DNA of 63,400 nt, counting the filler, from Octopus bimaculoides (Eukaryota): the NCBI RefSeq assembly GCF_001194135.2. It is 8 parts of 7 records of this genome, joined end to end, with 100 filler letters (N's around TTAATTAATTAA, not from the genome) between each part and the next. Parts side by side here need not be neighbours in the genome. Positions count along the whole stretch, not along the records: positions 28,373 to 57,430 come from NC_068984.1; positions 57,531 to 60,136 come from NC_068993.1; positions 60,237 to 63,400 come from NC_069001.1; 5 more parts are not named here. One strand, written 5' to 3'. Each line of letters opens with the position of its first letter. The stretch's first letter is position 1. Shown in pieces: positions 48,366-62,077 of this stretch. The translations under genes and the position numbers were made by a program. The notes beneath the pieces were generated by a model. The model was not told the DNA's origin and ran no database searches. It saw nothing but the letters and a program-made list of their open reading frames with translations.

Positions 48366-49304
48366 TGAATGCTGCAACGGATCGGCGTCCTATTCCAGAG
48401 GAATGTCGAGAAGTTTGTCACTTAAACATGTGGTGGGTAAGCAAGTTACTTATCACANNNNNNNNNNNNNNNNNNNNNNNNNNNNNNNNNNNNNNNNNNN
48501 NNNNNNNNNNNNNNNNNNNNNNNNNNNNNNNNNNNNNNNNNNNNNNNNNNNNNNNNNNNNNNNNNNNNNNNNNNNNNNNNNNNNNNNNNNNNNNNNNNNN
48601 NNNNNNNNNNNNNNNNNNNNNNNNNNNNNNNNNNNNNNNNNNNNNNNNNNNNNNNNNNNNNNNNNNNNNNNNNNNNNNNNNNNNNNNNNNNNNNNNNNNN
48701 NNNNNNNNNNNNNNNNNNNNNNNNNNNNNNNNNNNNNNNNNNNNNNNNNNNNNNNNNNNNNNNNNNNNNNNNNNNNNNNNNNNNNNNNNNNNNNNNNNNN
48801 NNNNNNNNNNNNNNNNNNNNNNNNNNNNNNNNNNNNNNNNNNNNNNNNNNNNNNNNNNNNNNNNNNNNNNNNNNNNNNNNNNNNNNNNNNNNNNNNNNNN
48901 NNNNNNNNNNNNNNNNNNNNNNNNNNNNNNNNNNNNNNNNNNNNNNNNNNNNNNNNNNNNNNNNNNNNNNNNNNNNNNNNNNNNNNNNNNNNNNNNNNNN
49001 NNNNNNNNNNNNNNNNNNNNNNNNNNNNNNNNNNNNNNNNNNNNNNNNNNNNNNNNNNNNNNNNNNNNNNNNNNNNNNNNNNNNNNNNNNNNNNNNNNNN
49101 NNNNNNNNNNNNNNNNNNNNNNNNNNNNNNNNNNNNNNNNNNNNNNNNNNNNNNNNNNNNNNNNNNNNNNNNNNNNNNNNNNNNNNNNNNNNNNNNNNNN
49201 NNNNNNNNNNNNNNNNNNNNNNNNNNNNNNNNNNNNNNNNNNNNNNNNNNNNNNNNNNNNNNNNNNNNNNNNNNNNNNNNNNNNNNNNNNNNNNNNNNNN
49301 NNNN

Positions 49305-50130
49305 GGTGTAGCTTTCAATGCCAAAATTTGGAACAATTCTTTCCAGGATCTTCCAGATGTATATTACTGCATACATCTCCCGCCTTCTCTCCAGGGAGTA
49401 GAGTCTTAGCTGTTTCAGCCTTTCCCAGTAGCTGAGCAGTTGCAAAGAGACGATCTTCTTTGTGAATCTTCTCTGGATTGCTTCAAGTTCCGCTGTTAAT
49501 TTCACACTGGTGGGTGACCATAGCTGTGAGCAGTAATCCAAGCGGCTGAGGACGAATATCCTCCAGAAGACCATCATGGTTTCCTTATCTCTGGTTCTGA
49601 TTGTTCTCAGGATCCATCCATCCAGTCGTCTGCACTTTGTCGCCATCCTGGTAATGTGCACTTGGAAAGTGGTATCATCACTCATGCCGATACCCAGGTC
49701 CCTCACTAATTTAGGCTCTGGGATTGAAATACCCTGCGGAATAGTGTACTCTGTAAGTTTCATATTCAGTTTTGGACGCTGGTAGCGCAAGGCTTGGAAG
49801 TTTTCAGCATTAAACTGCATGTTATTATCCTCAGCCCATCTGTAAATTGAGTCCAACTCCTGCTGCACATAGGATTGTTGCAGCCTTTTTTCTATCTCCA
49901 TCAGTGTTGTTTTTAGGCGGGACATTTCGCTACTTTTGAAATGCTGGTTGAGTCGATTTGCAGCCTTCGTCCATCGCCTCATGAGGATCTTCGTCTCCCT
50001 TTGAATCTTGTTCCTATTTGTTTTGGCCTTGTGCTCTGGGACATATTTTTGGCATATGGCTTGCACAATAGACATGAAACATTCTAGTTTCATATCAATG
50101 TCTGGTGTGGAGAGACATTTTGGCCAATCC
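49305..50130 (-). mobile_element. CR1/L2-clade LINE ORF2 fragment with the RT core apparently deleted in frame
   Basis: Open frame DWPKCLS...KIQRETKILMRR...EIEKRLQQSY fused to QQELDSIYRWAEDNNMQFN...RDLG...ILRT...SRLDYCSQLWSP...YWERLKQLRLYSL; both ends run into gaps. Confidence 0.85.
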
Positions 50131-50918
50131 NNNNNNNNNNNNNNNNNNNNNNNNNNNNNNNNNNNNNNNNNNNNNNNNNNNNNNNNNNNNNNNNNNNNNN
50201 NNNNNNNNNNNNNNNNNNNNNNNNNNNNNNNNNNNNNNNNNNNNNNNNNNNNNNNNNNNNNNNNNNNNNNNNNNNNNNNNNNNNNNNNNNNNNNNNNNNN
50301 NNNNNNNNNNNNNNNNNNNNNNNNNNNNNNNNNNNNNNNNNNNNNNNNNNNNNNNNNNNNNNNNNNNNNNNNNNNNNNNNNNNNNNNNNNNNNNNNNNNN
50401 NNNNNNNNNNNNNNNNNNNNNNNNNNNNNNNNNNNNNNNNNNNNNNNNNNNNNNNNNNNNNNNNNNNNNNNNNNNNNNNNNNNNNNNNNNNNNNNNNNNN
50501 NNNNNNNNNNNNNNNNNNNNNNNNNNNNNNNNNNNNNNNNNNNNNNNNNNNNNNNNNNNNNNNNNNNNNNNNNNNNNNNNNNNNNNNNNNNNNNNNNNNN
50601 NNNNNNNNNNNNNNNNNNNNNNNNNNNNNNNNNNNNNNNNNNNNNNNNNNNNNNNNNNNNNNNNNNNNNNNNNNNNNNNNNNNNNNNNNNNNNNNNNNNN
50701 NNNNNNNNNNNNNNNNNNNNNNNNNNNNNNNNNNNNNNNNNNNNNNNNNNNNNNNNNNNNNNNNNNNNNNNNNNNNNNNNNNNNNNNNNNNNNNNNNNNN
50801 NNNNNNNNNNNNNNNNNNNNNNNNNNNNNNNNNNNNNNNNNNNNNNNNNNNNNNNNNNNNNNNNNNNNNNNNNNNNNNNNNNNNNNNNNNNNNNNNNNNN
50901 NNNNNNNNNNNNNNNNNN

Positions 50919-51235
50919 GCCTAGTACTTATTCTATCGGTCTCTTTTGCTGAACCGCTAAGTTACGGGGACGTAAACACACCAGCATCGGTTGTCAAGCG
51001 ATGTTGGGGGGACAAACACAGACACACAAACATATACACACACATACATATATATATATGCATATATACGACGGGCTTCTGTCAGTTTCCGTCTACCAAA
51101 TCTACTCACAAGGCTTTGGTCGGCCCGAGGCTATAGTAGAAGACACTTGCCCAAGGTGCCACGCAGTGGGACTGAGCCCGGAACCATGTGATTCGTTAGC
51201 AAGCTACTTACCACACAGCCACTCCTACGCCTATG
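50919..51235 (-). mobile_element. SINE family C
   Basis: CTAGTACTTATTCTATCGG...ACTTGCCCAAGGTGCCACGCAGTGGGACTGAGCCC...CCACTCCTACGCCTAT. Confidence 0.9.
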
Positions 51236-51951
51236 TGTAAAGAAAATCAGTAATGTCGACTGGTAGGTCACGAGAAGTTAATAACTGAAGATACTACGGA
51301 ATGATCATGGCTGGAACGTCTTTGATCATATATCTGTTCAGCTATCACTGACCTGGGGCTAAACAAATACAACAGCAGATAGAAAAGTATGGAAACCAGA
51401 GCTGATCTCGGTTTCCATGGCTGTCAGTAGATCGCTAAGGGATTTACATAGTATCTTTTTTAAAGATTATAAATGCTCCAGTGCATGCATATTGTAATCT
51501 CTGCTCTTCGTCAAGAGATGTGAAAAGAACTTCAAGTCTTTCATAAATGAAGGAAATTAGAGCCTCAGCCGAAAAATAAAACCGTTTCACAGATAAAATT
51601 CTCCAAGAGCTTACTCCCTTTTTGAGAGTATTTACCAACATAAATAGTAATATCAATAACTACTGCACTGATATGGGGTGATCGATTCCTAATAGACCTA
51701 GTAGCCTGAGCTTTGATGATACTATTGATGTTTAGCGCCAGCTCAGTCCTGATCGGACAGTAGACCTATGCCAAATGCATTCCGGCCATAACTAATGCAT
51801 CTTTATTCTAAGCACGTGAATTTTCTCAGGTCTTTCTTCGATAACTATACAAATACGTATACTGAGCAGAATCTGCAGAAGAGCCGGTACTAAATGGTTT
51901 TTTAATATAATACAAGATAACTGAATCCTGCTGTTTATATTTGCATTTTTA

Positions 51952-52316
51952 ATGAATTTAAATCCGAATGATCATACGAAAATGTCTCAAGAAGCTATTA
52001 TAAAGGGTTTCGCCGATGTCACCAACTTCGTGTCCCTACTTATATTTGATGCATGTCCGAGCTTTAAAATCCTCGAACCCGTGATTAAAAGCGTGATACC
52101 AGTCATGTTAAAAGCAGCGATTGACTTCGAAAAGGATCACCAAAGGGACGAAGACGGTTCTTATCGCTACCATGAATGGTCTTTCAATTGTCATTCGTCT
52201 ACAGGAAGCCGACGTGTAAAATCAAGATCGCGATGGCGGATATCGAAGGACTCGACATCGACTCAGCCGTGTATGCTCTGTTGTTGCAGAAACGTTTTAA
52301 TATAGTTTTGAAGTAG
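51952..52316 (+). CDS. CpG-rich unique island with a 117-aa ORF; coding status unresolved
   Basis: Open frame MNLNPNDHTKMSQEAIIKGFADVTNF... with no recognisable domain; other frames also read as protein-like. Confidence 0.2.
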
Positions 52317-52523
52317 TTCGACTCCAAACAGGAACGTGGAAGAGTCTAAATACTTTCTTTAATATCTTGAAACATATTAAACTTGTTTTGGTTATTTCAC
52401 AGAAGTAGTATAAAATTTCAAGTGCATTTTGTTTAAGCCGGGAGAATAAATTTCGATTTACTCTGGCTTTTGTCGGTTTATCACTTGTGTGTATAAACAT
52501 TTGACATACATACATCTGCATAG

Positions 52524-52660
52524 TATAAACATAAATGTATATATTTCCCCGTATAAATGTATATGTAAAGAATAAACACAAATGTATATATTTCCCTGTA
52601 TAAATGTATATGTAAAGTAGAAACACAAATGTATATATTTCCCTGTGTAAATGTAAATGT
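52524..52660. repeat. ~48-bp minisatellite, ~2.5 copies
   Basis: Unit AAACACAAATGTATATATTTCCCYGTATAAATGTATATGTAAAG... Confidence 0.85.
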
Positions 52661-52708
52661 TACTAACCCCTGCTTTCGAAGGAATATTTGCTAATTAGTT
52701 GGAGTCCG

Positions 52709-54012
<1,304 letters not shown>

Positions 54013-54369
54013 TGACTCAAATCCTCACCCCAACGCTTAGGTTAACCATTTGTACTTCTCTCATCTAATTCTGTTCTTTCCAAGAGATAAAGGTCCCTTA
54101 AACAATCGGTCAACCATTGTGTCAAGTTATTATTATTATTAACGCTATTCGAAACCTACGGTCAATAGTCAAGGTCAAGATGAAGTATTATATTTTTAGT
54201 GTGCTGTACTCTCGTCACCCTTCTTTCGTTTTCTATCGCCCGGCGAAAGCATGGATTTGAATATTTTTAATGCACTAGCATTATACAGGACTTGCATGAA
54301 ACTGAAATATTCAATAAAGAATAAGATATTCTTTTTTATATACACACAAAGACTTGAAGTTTAGAAAAA

Positions 54370-54520
54370 GGGGGCAGTCAATCACATTAACTCATGTACT
54401 TAACTGGTACTTATTTCATCGAAAAGGAATGAAGGGCAAAGTCAACCTTGGTGGAGTTTGAGCTCAGAACTTGAAGAAACGTTGCTAAACATTTTCCCGA
54501 CGCGCTGACGATTATCCCAG
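54370..54520 (-). mobile_element. SINE family M, decayed
   Basis: AACTGGTACTTATTTCATCG...GGCAAAGTCAACCTTGGTGGAGTTTGAGCTCAGAAC. Confidence 0.75.
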
Positions 54521-55022
54521 ATCCTACGTTAATTTTCACCAAAAACATTAGAAAGTCAAATGGTGCATTATCTTTTTAAATAACCCGGAAACAAAATTAT
54601 ATTTCAGCGTAAAACTCCATCGTTATCATTCATGAGTTGTACATCTAGAGGTTATTAAAAACAATGCATTATATGGTTGTCTAATATTTTAATCAGAATT
54701 TCAAGTACATGGTGCTTAAATATAATTCTATAAATTTTTTTTTTTAAATTTTAATTCACGCTTTTGTTGGTAGAGAATGAGAGAGGGCTAGGAAGAAATG
54801 GATTACCACTGCAAAAGAAACTACCCATACAGATGAGAATTAAACTTGGCATTGTCTATTGGCCTGAAGGTTCGAATGACCATAACGACACTCAACACGA
54901 CGTTTTGACTCCTTGTTTAAGAAAACTGACCATTTGGAAAGCGCAGTATTACTACGGATTGCTTGAAGCTAACTTTCTTCCTACACCTTGATCCTAAGAT
55001 CTTTTATATATATGTATGTATG

Positions 55023-55100
<78 letters not shown>

Positions 55101-55339
55101 AACTGAAAGCCTCCAATTTCCAGTGCTCAAAGTTACTTGTTCCTGATCATCAGCTGGTAAACCAAGCTTGGTTTTCTTTAGAAATACTCAGTGTCTGGCT
55201 ATTTTTAAAAAATATTAAATGAAAGTTTGAAGGAAACACTTATCCTTATTCTCTTCTGCTTGAAAACCTTTGTGAACGACACGTGCGAAAACGGCTGCAG
55301 CAAGCTCACCCTTTTGATTTTGTTTTCTGGTTCCCGTGG

Positions 55340-56230
55340 TAATATAAACATCTTAAACTCCATTACAAGCGAAGTCATGAAATTGCGATTTTGTTTAAGT
55401 AAAGTTCCAAAATCCTAATTTAAATAATAGTTTTAATAATATAATATAATGAGATTATTAAAATTGATCTCTACTGAAAAGTCATGCCGCACCAGTACTT
55501 AGACTTTACGTCTTTCCAGCCATCTCATACTGAAAGAAATGTCTTATTTAAAATGGAAAGACTTGCATGTACAATAGTTTCAACAAGACGAGAGAGACAT
55601 CTGGAAGAACTAAAAATATTCTTCTAGAAATAAAATATCTGAAAAAATCAAGTAATGCCATAACCAAGACAAAGCAAATTTCAAAGCCTGACTTATGAAA
55701 AATGTTTCGCAATGAGGCAGAATAAACAAAGAAAAGCATTCCATTCGTAGTCTAGCACAATTTGAGAAACCACACCTTACATTTGGCTAAACTATACCTT
55801 CCGATTCTACACCAGTCATAAAATCTGAGAAAAGCCATTAAAAAGTCACAAATTATTAACAGGCGAAGGCAACCACCAAATCTTAAAAGACTCTTAATAA
55901 AAGCGAAATTCACACAGGAAGAAGTAACGCATGTGACAAAATGTGAAGATCTTCGATGCGGAACGTGTGTGATTTGATTAAACAAGGTGTAATAAAAAAG
56001 TTCATGAATGGGAAAGCATTTAAAGGTTAATGCAAATATGTAGTGAAAAGAAAAATAATAGCATTGCATGTCTGCAACGAATGGAAGTTCCATCTGTTAA
56101 GAATGTTGGAATGTTCCATGTAATGAACACCAAGACATTTGTAAGAATACGAAATTCAAAATATTGCCATTTTATCAAAATAAGAAAACCAATAATTATG
56201 AAAGACAAAATAAAAATAACTTATAGATTT
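55340..56230 (+). mobile_element. Decayed Penelope-like element (RT thumb, linker, Cys motif)
   Basis: QYLDFTSFQPSHTERNVLFKMERLACTIVS; IPFVV; RRRQPPNLKRLLIKAKF; KCEDLRCGTC, the linker motifs typical of PLEs. Confidence 0.8.
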
Positions 56231-57258
56231 TTAATCCGTAACTAAACCGGAAATAGTGACATTTACTATCGAGGGTATTACGGCTATACAGATAAGTGCG
56301 TATGTTTGAAAAGGTAAAGCGCTAACACAAAAACAATTTTTTATCAAGTCTGTGTTAATCTACTTTCTTAAAAATATATTTTAATTCAATAAATATCGTG
56401 ACTGTATCTATTTTCTTGGCTTTTTACATACATACATGAATACATATATACGTACATACATACGTATATACGTACATACATACAATTATTTTATATATAC
56501 TTATATGTACAATGTATACACAAATACACGCACGCATGCACACACACTCACTTATATGCATATACATTACATACATTTATATATATATATATATATATAT
56601 GTTACAGAACCTCCCAAAATCACATACCAATATCTAAGCCTAATAACATTACCTATGAAGAAAACCAAACAAAACTAATGTTAGTGATCTCCACAGATAC
56701 TTTCCACTTTTCAAGAATGAAAGACAACTCAGAATAACAGGACTAAGGTATGAGAAATTCGCAATCAAGGTGTATTCCCATCATCAGGTACCAAACAGAT
56801 ATCACTATGGTTTCGACACCTGAACAGTACCATTCAATCCCGTGATGTCAACAGCGTTAAAAATATAAATGCTGCCTGGGAATCCACCAGCATATTACAA
56901 CAAGTAACAACATCAAAGTGAACAAATAGGGACAACTTATAGCTAACAAATAATATTTATAACAAAAAATTTATTCCAAAAATGACATTCAGACAATTCA
57001 AAAAACATAGACAACTAGATATTTTATTTCTCAATCAACATTATATCACTCCTAAAACAAGCCTAATAAAGATTAGCTGAACAGTACATCTCGTAAACAA
57101 CGTCATCTAACAATGTACAACGAAAAGGACAAGCTTAGATCAATATCTATGAAACAAGTTCAATACTATAAAATATCTTAACCAAATAAATTGAGTATCA
57201 AAAGTAAAGCAACAAAAAGTTAATAAAATAAAATTAAACAAAAAATTTATATATATAA

Positions 57259-57300
<42 letters not shown>

Positions 57301-57530
57301 CGTATGTGTATTTCGTGTGCAAGATTCTTGATGTGGATACGTGTGTTGAAAGAAATACAATTAAACCTTGGGAGAGGCATTATGCCGGTAATAAACACAC
57401 GCACTGGTTCAGTCCTTTATTAATTTATATNNNNNNNNNNNNNNNNNNNNNNNNNNNNNNNNNNNNNNNNNNNNTTAATTAATTAANNNNNNNNNNNNNN
57501 NNNNNNNNNNNNNNNNNNNNNNNNNNNNNN

Positions 57531-57571
57531 ATGTATATATATAATATATATATAGATAGGTAGATAGATAA

Positions 57572-57613
<42 letters not shown>

Positions 57614-57614
57614 G

Positions 57615-57670
<56 letters not shown>

Positions 57671-57680
57671 TAAAGAAGAT
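57531..57680. repeat. (GATA)n microsatellite
   Basis: Directly visible. Confidence 0.95.
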
Positions 57681-57730
57681 AAGAAAATAGAAAGATAATA
57701 ATTATTCATTAATTAAAAACTTAGACATCA

Positions 57731-57816
57731 TCTCAGACAGTTGTTTCGATTCCTGACCTTTATAAATTAATTACCATAATTAAAGCCATTTAAAAGTCGA
57801 ATCTCATCAGAGTTGG
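57731..57816 (-). ncRNA. Hammerhead-like motif with intact core and stem II but poor stem I
   Basis: Minus: CTGATGA-GATTC-GAC...GTC-AG-GAATC-GAAA-C-AACT-GT-C. The flanks (CCAACT / TGAGAT) pair badly. Confidence 0.55.
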
Positions 57817-57948
57817 GTAAAGATATACAATCAGATGTTCATATTCCTGTTTGTTGAGATTTGTAACGTTTATTTGAACATATAAGCAATTACGTGCATA
57901 AACAAAGTAGACACATCAAATATATTAAATATATTAAATACATCAAAT

Positions 57949-58038
<90 letters not shown>

Positions 58039-58329
58039 CATGCAAGGTGGAAACTTTCAGAAGATGAATTTGCACGTCTAAATATATAGACTTAGTCGGA
58101 GTACAAGTGACAGAGAGAATTAAATGGGTAGAAGAAAGTTGTTATAAGTCCAACAGTTCTTTCTGGGGACTCGGCATCCATGATAATATTGGTAGATTTA
58201 GTTCATCACAATATCGGAACGTATGGATGCAATTAACATAGGATGCGACAAGCCTCCTTCATCAAGGTATAGAAGATCTTACATTTCAGATCTTAATGCA
58301 GAGAAGTTGAAAGATCTCTGTCGTTTTTA

Positions 58330-58580
58330 CTCTGTGTAAGTTGGACCTATTATGATAAATATCTATGTTTATATGTAAAACTTCGTCTACTGAAAGGTTC
58401 TAACTTTTACATGTATACATATATACATGTTTTGCATTTCATCTATTTGATATATTTAATATATTTGGTGATTCTAATTTGTTTATCCACATAATTACTT
58501 CCATACCCTCTCAACCTGATCCCTCTTATAGCTTTTATTTACCTTGTGGAATGATCCCTTGTAAAGACATTAGAGTCTAA
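58330..58580 (-). mobile_element. Penelope-like GIY-YIG C-terminal remnant
   Basis: Minus frame MEVIMWINKLESPNILN resembles the RxxxExxWIxxLxS.P.GLN ending of PLE endonucleases. Confidence 0.5.
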
Positions 58581-58739
58581 GTTTGAATCTTCTGAGCACT
58601 GCTAAGTGTCTTCTTTACGGAGATATCTGGATCTCATCTGTGAACTATATATGTGTGTATGTGTATGTGTATGTGAGTTTGTGTGCATGTGTGTGTGTGT
58701 GTGTGAGTGTGTGTATGTGTATTTATGTATATAGGTGTA

Positions 58740-58771
<32 letters not shown>

Positions 58772-58859
58772 CATACTTATGTATATATAAAAAAATGTTT
58801 TTCAGAATGAGATAAAAAAAACCAAGACTGTGAAGATTTTAGAACATTTACAAATAGAA

Positions 58860-58910
58860 GGTGTTACAGCTGTTTCTAGGATATTTATTATATCCCTTTA
58901 TCGGAGACGT
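58860..58910 (-). ncRNA. Decayed hammerhead motif
   Basis: Minus: CGTCT-CCGATAA-A-GGGATAT-AATAA-ATATCCT-A-GAAA-C-AGCT-GT-A-ACACC; two core substitutions. It shares the GGATAT/ATATCC stem II and ACAGCTGT stem III with the 27029 motif. Confidence 0.55.
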
Positions 58911-59164
58911 TGTGAGAAAATGGTTAAGCAATAATTAATTTAGATAAGATATGAAATAGAGAGTGAAGTTTATACTTATGTATATATGTCTATACGTATG
59001 TATATGTATGTGTATACACACACTCACACACACACACACACATATGTCGATTAAAACAAGGAAACTATGCCTTCCTTTCTCCATTCTTGAATTTATCTGA
59101 CGGTTGCGACTTTTTATAGTTGTTTTACCAACTTTTGTATAGAGTTTAATATTATTTCCATTGA

Positions 59165-59285
59165 AATTTTGGCGAGGTAGACTTTGCTTTCTATCTTTTC
59201 AGCGTTGATAAAATAAGTACCAGTCGATGCAATTGACATGCCCTCTTCCCTGAAATTGTTGGCCTTGTGCTAAAAATTTGAAATC
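59165..59285 (+). mobile_element. SINE family M, 3' part
   Basis: GGCGAGGTAGACTTTGCTTTCTATCTTTTC...GGCCTTGTGCTAAAAATTTGAAA. Confidence 0.75.
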
Positions 59286-59380
59286 AATAATAGTATTTCC
59301 ATTTCGTTTCCCAGAGCTTCATTTCATTTGCTCAGGTAACTTCTGTAAGAGAGCCTGCGAGATCCTTGGACACTCACACA

Positions 59381-59473
<93 letters not shown>

Positions 59474-59669
59474 GTGTCGATTAAATGAAGTAAACTATGT
59501 CTTCGTTTCTCCAGTCTTGATTCTTTCTGACGGTTGCGACTTCTGACGAAGTTTTAATCAACATATATGTGTGTGCGTGTGTGAGTGTGCGTATGTGTAT
59601 ATGTGTGTATGTGTGTGCGTGCGTGCGTGCGTGTGTGTATGTGTGCACGCGTGTGTGTGTGTGTGAGTG

Positions 59670-59993
59670 TCCAAAGATCTCTTTCCACGATACTTAACAC
59701 CCAAGTACCAATCTCAAAATCCTAGCTATCCGCAATTGAGCAGTTTTCTGAGCATGTTCTACCCTCGTGTGAATCTCAGTTTCTCTAACAGTTTTCTCAA
59801 ATCTGGTGATTAATGCTCCCAATGTCCTTATAACTACTGAGATGGTGATTGCTTTCTACATTGACTACATTCGTACAATCTCATGTTTTAGTGATCTGTA
59901 ATTTTAAGTCACTTTCAGCACTTTGTCATCCAATGGCAAATCCTTAGATAGAGCAATGTCTATGATCTTCGTTTCCTTCGTCATTTTGTCAAC
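59670..59993 (-). mobile_element. 5'-truncated R4/Dong-like family C, decayed
   Basis: Minus: VDKMTKETKIIDIAL...KHEIVRM...VVIRTLGAL...VEHAQKTAQLRIARILRLVLGC*; begins immediately after (AAT)n. Confidence 0.75.
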
Positions 59994-60065
<72 letters not shown>

Positions 60066-60136
60066 TGTTCAGTAGTTTTATTTTTATAACGTGCTTTCAC
60101 TTCACTACCGAGCGCAGCTCTGTGCGCCTTGGGTAT
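59994..60136 (-). mobile_element. (AAT)n tract plus 3' end of R4/Dong family A (runs into gap)
   Basis: 60065-60136 is the near-perfect reverse complement of 34566-34640. Confidence 0.85.
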
Positions 60137-61184
60137 NNNNNNNNNNNNNNNNNNNNNNNNNNNNNNNNNNNNNNNNNNNNTTAATTAATTAANNNNNNNN
60201 NNNNNNNNNNNNNNNNNNNNNNNNNNNNNNNNNNNNATTTTTACTTCAAATTATCTCCCCTGCCCGTCGGACATCGTACCGTTTTGTCATCAGTTTGTAT
60301 ATCAACCTACGTAAATATAATCATATATATATATATTTGTACCCGTGTTTCTATTCACATTTATTTACAAACAAGCAAAGGGATTCAGGCAAGGCGCAGA
60401 TTATCACTCCCTCTTTGTCGAACCCACTCAAAACCTATTCCAGCATTCAAACATGCTATTACTCTTACATTTTTTCCACGAATCTGGCATTCTCATAAAC
60501 ATTTGCTACCTTAAATATCATATCTCTCAGTATGAAGGAATCCTTTTATACTTAAGTAAATACTCTCAGAGAAACAGAATTCATACTTCCATTTATTCAA
60601 CATAGGTTTCCTCTCTCGCATATAGCTCGGGCATAAGTCGGTTGGTTTTATATTATTTATCTGGTTTTTGCATACCTTAAAGAAGCCCTGCCTGGCTAAT
60701 ACTCCCGCCTAAGGATAATTACATTTTTTGTGCCAGATGCAGACGTTCTGAAAAGGTCCATTGGACTGATTTTTAAGTTCTTCCAACGAGTCCTCGCATA
60801 AAATGTCCAATTCCACAAGATATTCTCGCAATTATAAATACACCTTACTTATCCTATCTCCTATATCACACACATGCCAATTCCCTTTCTATCTCAGACA
60901 AAGTATATCTACGCTTTCTGTCACAGGCACATACAATGCACGAGTTCTCACGCTGGTAATTTCTCTCATATGTGCGCGCAATTGCTTTTATCTTGCATAC
61001 ACTATTCTATTACATTTTAAAAAGACGTTAATTCATAGATTCATTCATTCATACATACATACGTACGTACATACATACATACATACATAAATACATACAT
61101 ACATACGTACATTCATACATACATGCATTGATGTAATAAAAACACACATGCATATATGTAAGTATCGATACACATACACACAGA

Positions 61185-61234
<50 letters not shown>

Positions 61235-61544
61235 NNNNNNNNNNNNNNNNNNNNNNNNNNNNNNNNNNNNNNNNNNNNNNNNNNNNNNNNNNNNNNNNNN
61301 NNNNNNNNNNNNNNNNNNNNNNNNNNNNNNNNNNNNNNNNNNNNNNNNNNNNNNNNNNNNNNNNNNNNNNNNNNNNNNNNNNNNNNNNNNNNNNNNNNNN
61401 NNNNNNNNNNNNNNNNNNNNNNNNNNNNNNNNNNNNNNNNNNNNNNNNNNNNNNNNNNNNNNNNNNNNNNNNNNNNNNNNNNNNNNNNNNNNNNNNNNNN
61501 NNNNNNNNNNNNNNNNNNNNNNNNNNNNNNNNNNNNNNNNNNTC

Positions 61545-62031
61545 AATGACATCGATTTCCAGTGCCCAATTGGTACAGATTTCAACTTCCCAGAAAATAT
61601 GCGAGGCAAAGTCGACCCCGGTGGAATTTCAATTCCGATCTTAAAGGTGAACGAAATGCTGCTTAGTATTTTGCCCGGCACCTTTACGATTCTGTCAGTG
61701 TCGGGTAACATTAGTTTGAATTTTTAGCACAAAGCCAGCAACTTTGAGGAAGGCGTTAACTCGATTACGTCGACACCTCAAGTAGTACCTATCTTATCAA
61801 CCCCAAAAGAGTCGGAAGAGATGCATTATCTTCTAGTGATGAACTATACTTCAAAGTTATTTCTGGAAATTTCCTCTTATCACAGAATTTCATTAAAACC
61901 CCTATCATTATAATTTTTAGCATTAATATTTTCATCTTATTCATTATGCGGATCATATCTAATTTCAGTTTTCAGTACATATCAACAAACTCTTTCCATT
62001 TCCAATAAAGATGGCGGCCAAAATATATTTA

Positions 62032-62077
<46 letters not shown>

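Noticed and set aside
56770-56860. Minus-strand GAAAC-CATA-GT and a nearby CTGATGA
   Set aside because: Cleavage position is G, the elements are in the wrong order for type I, and no stem I can be drawn.
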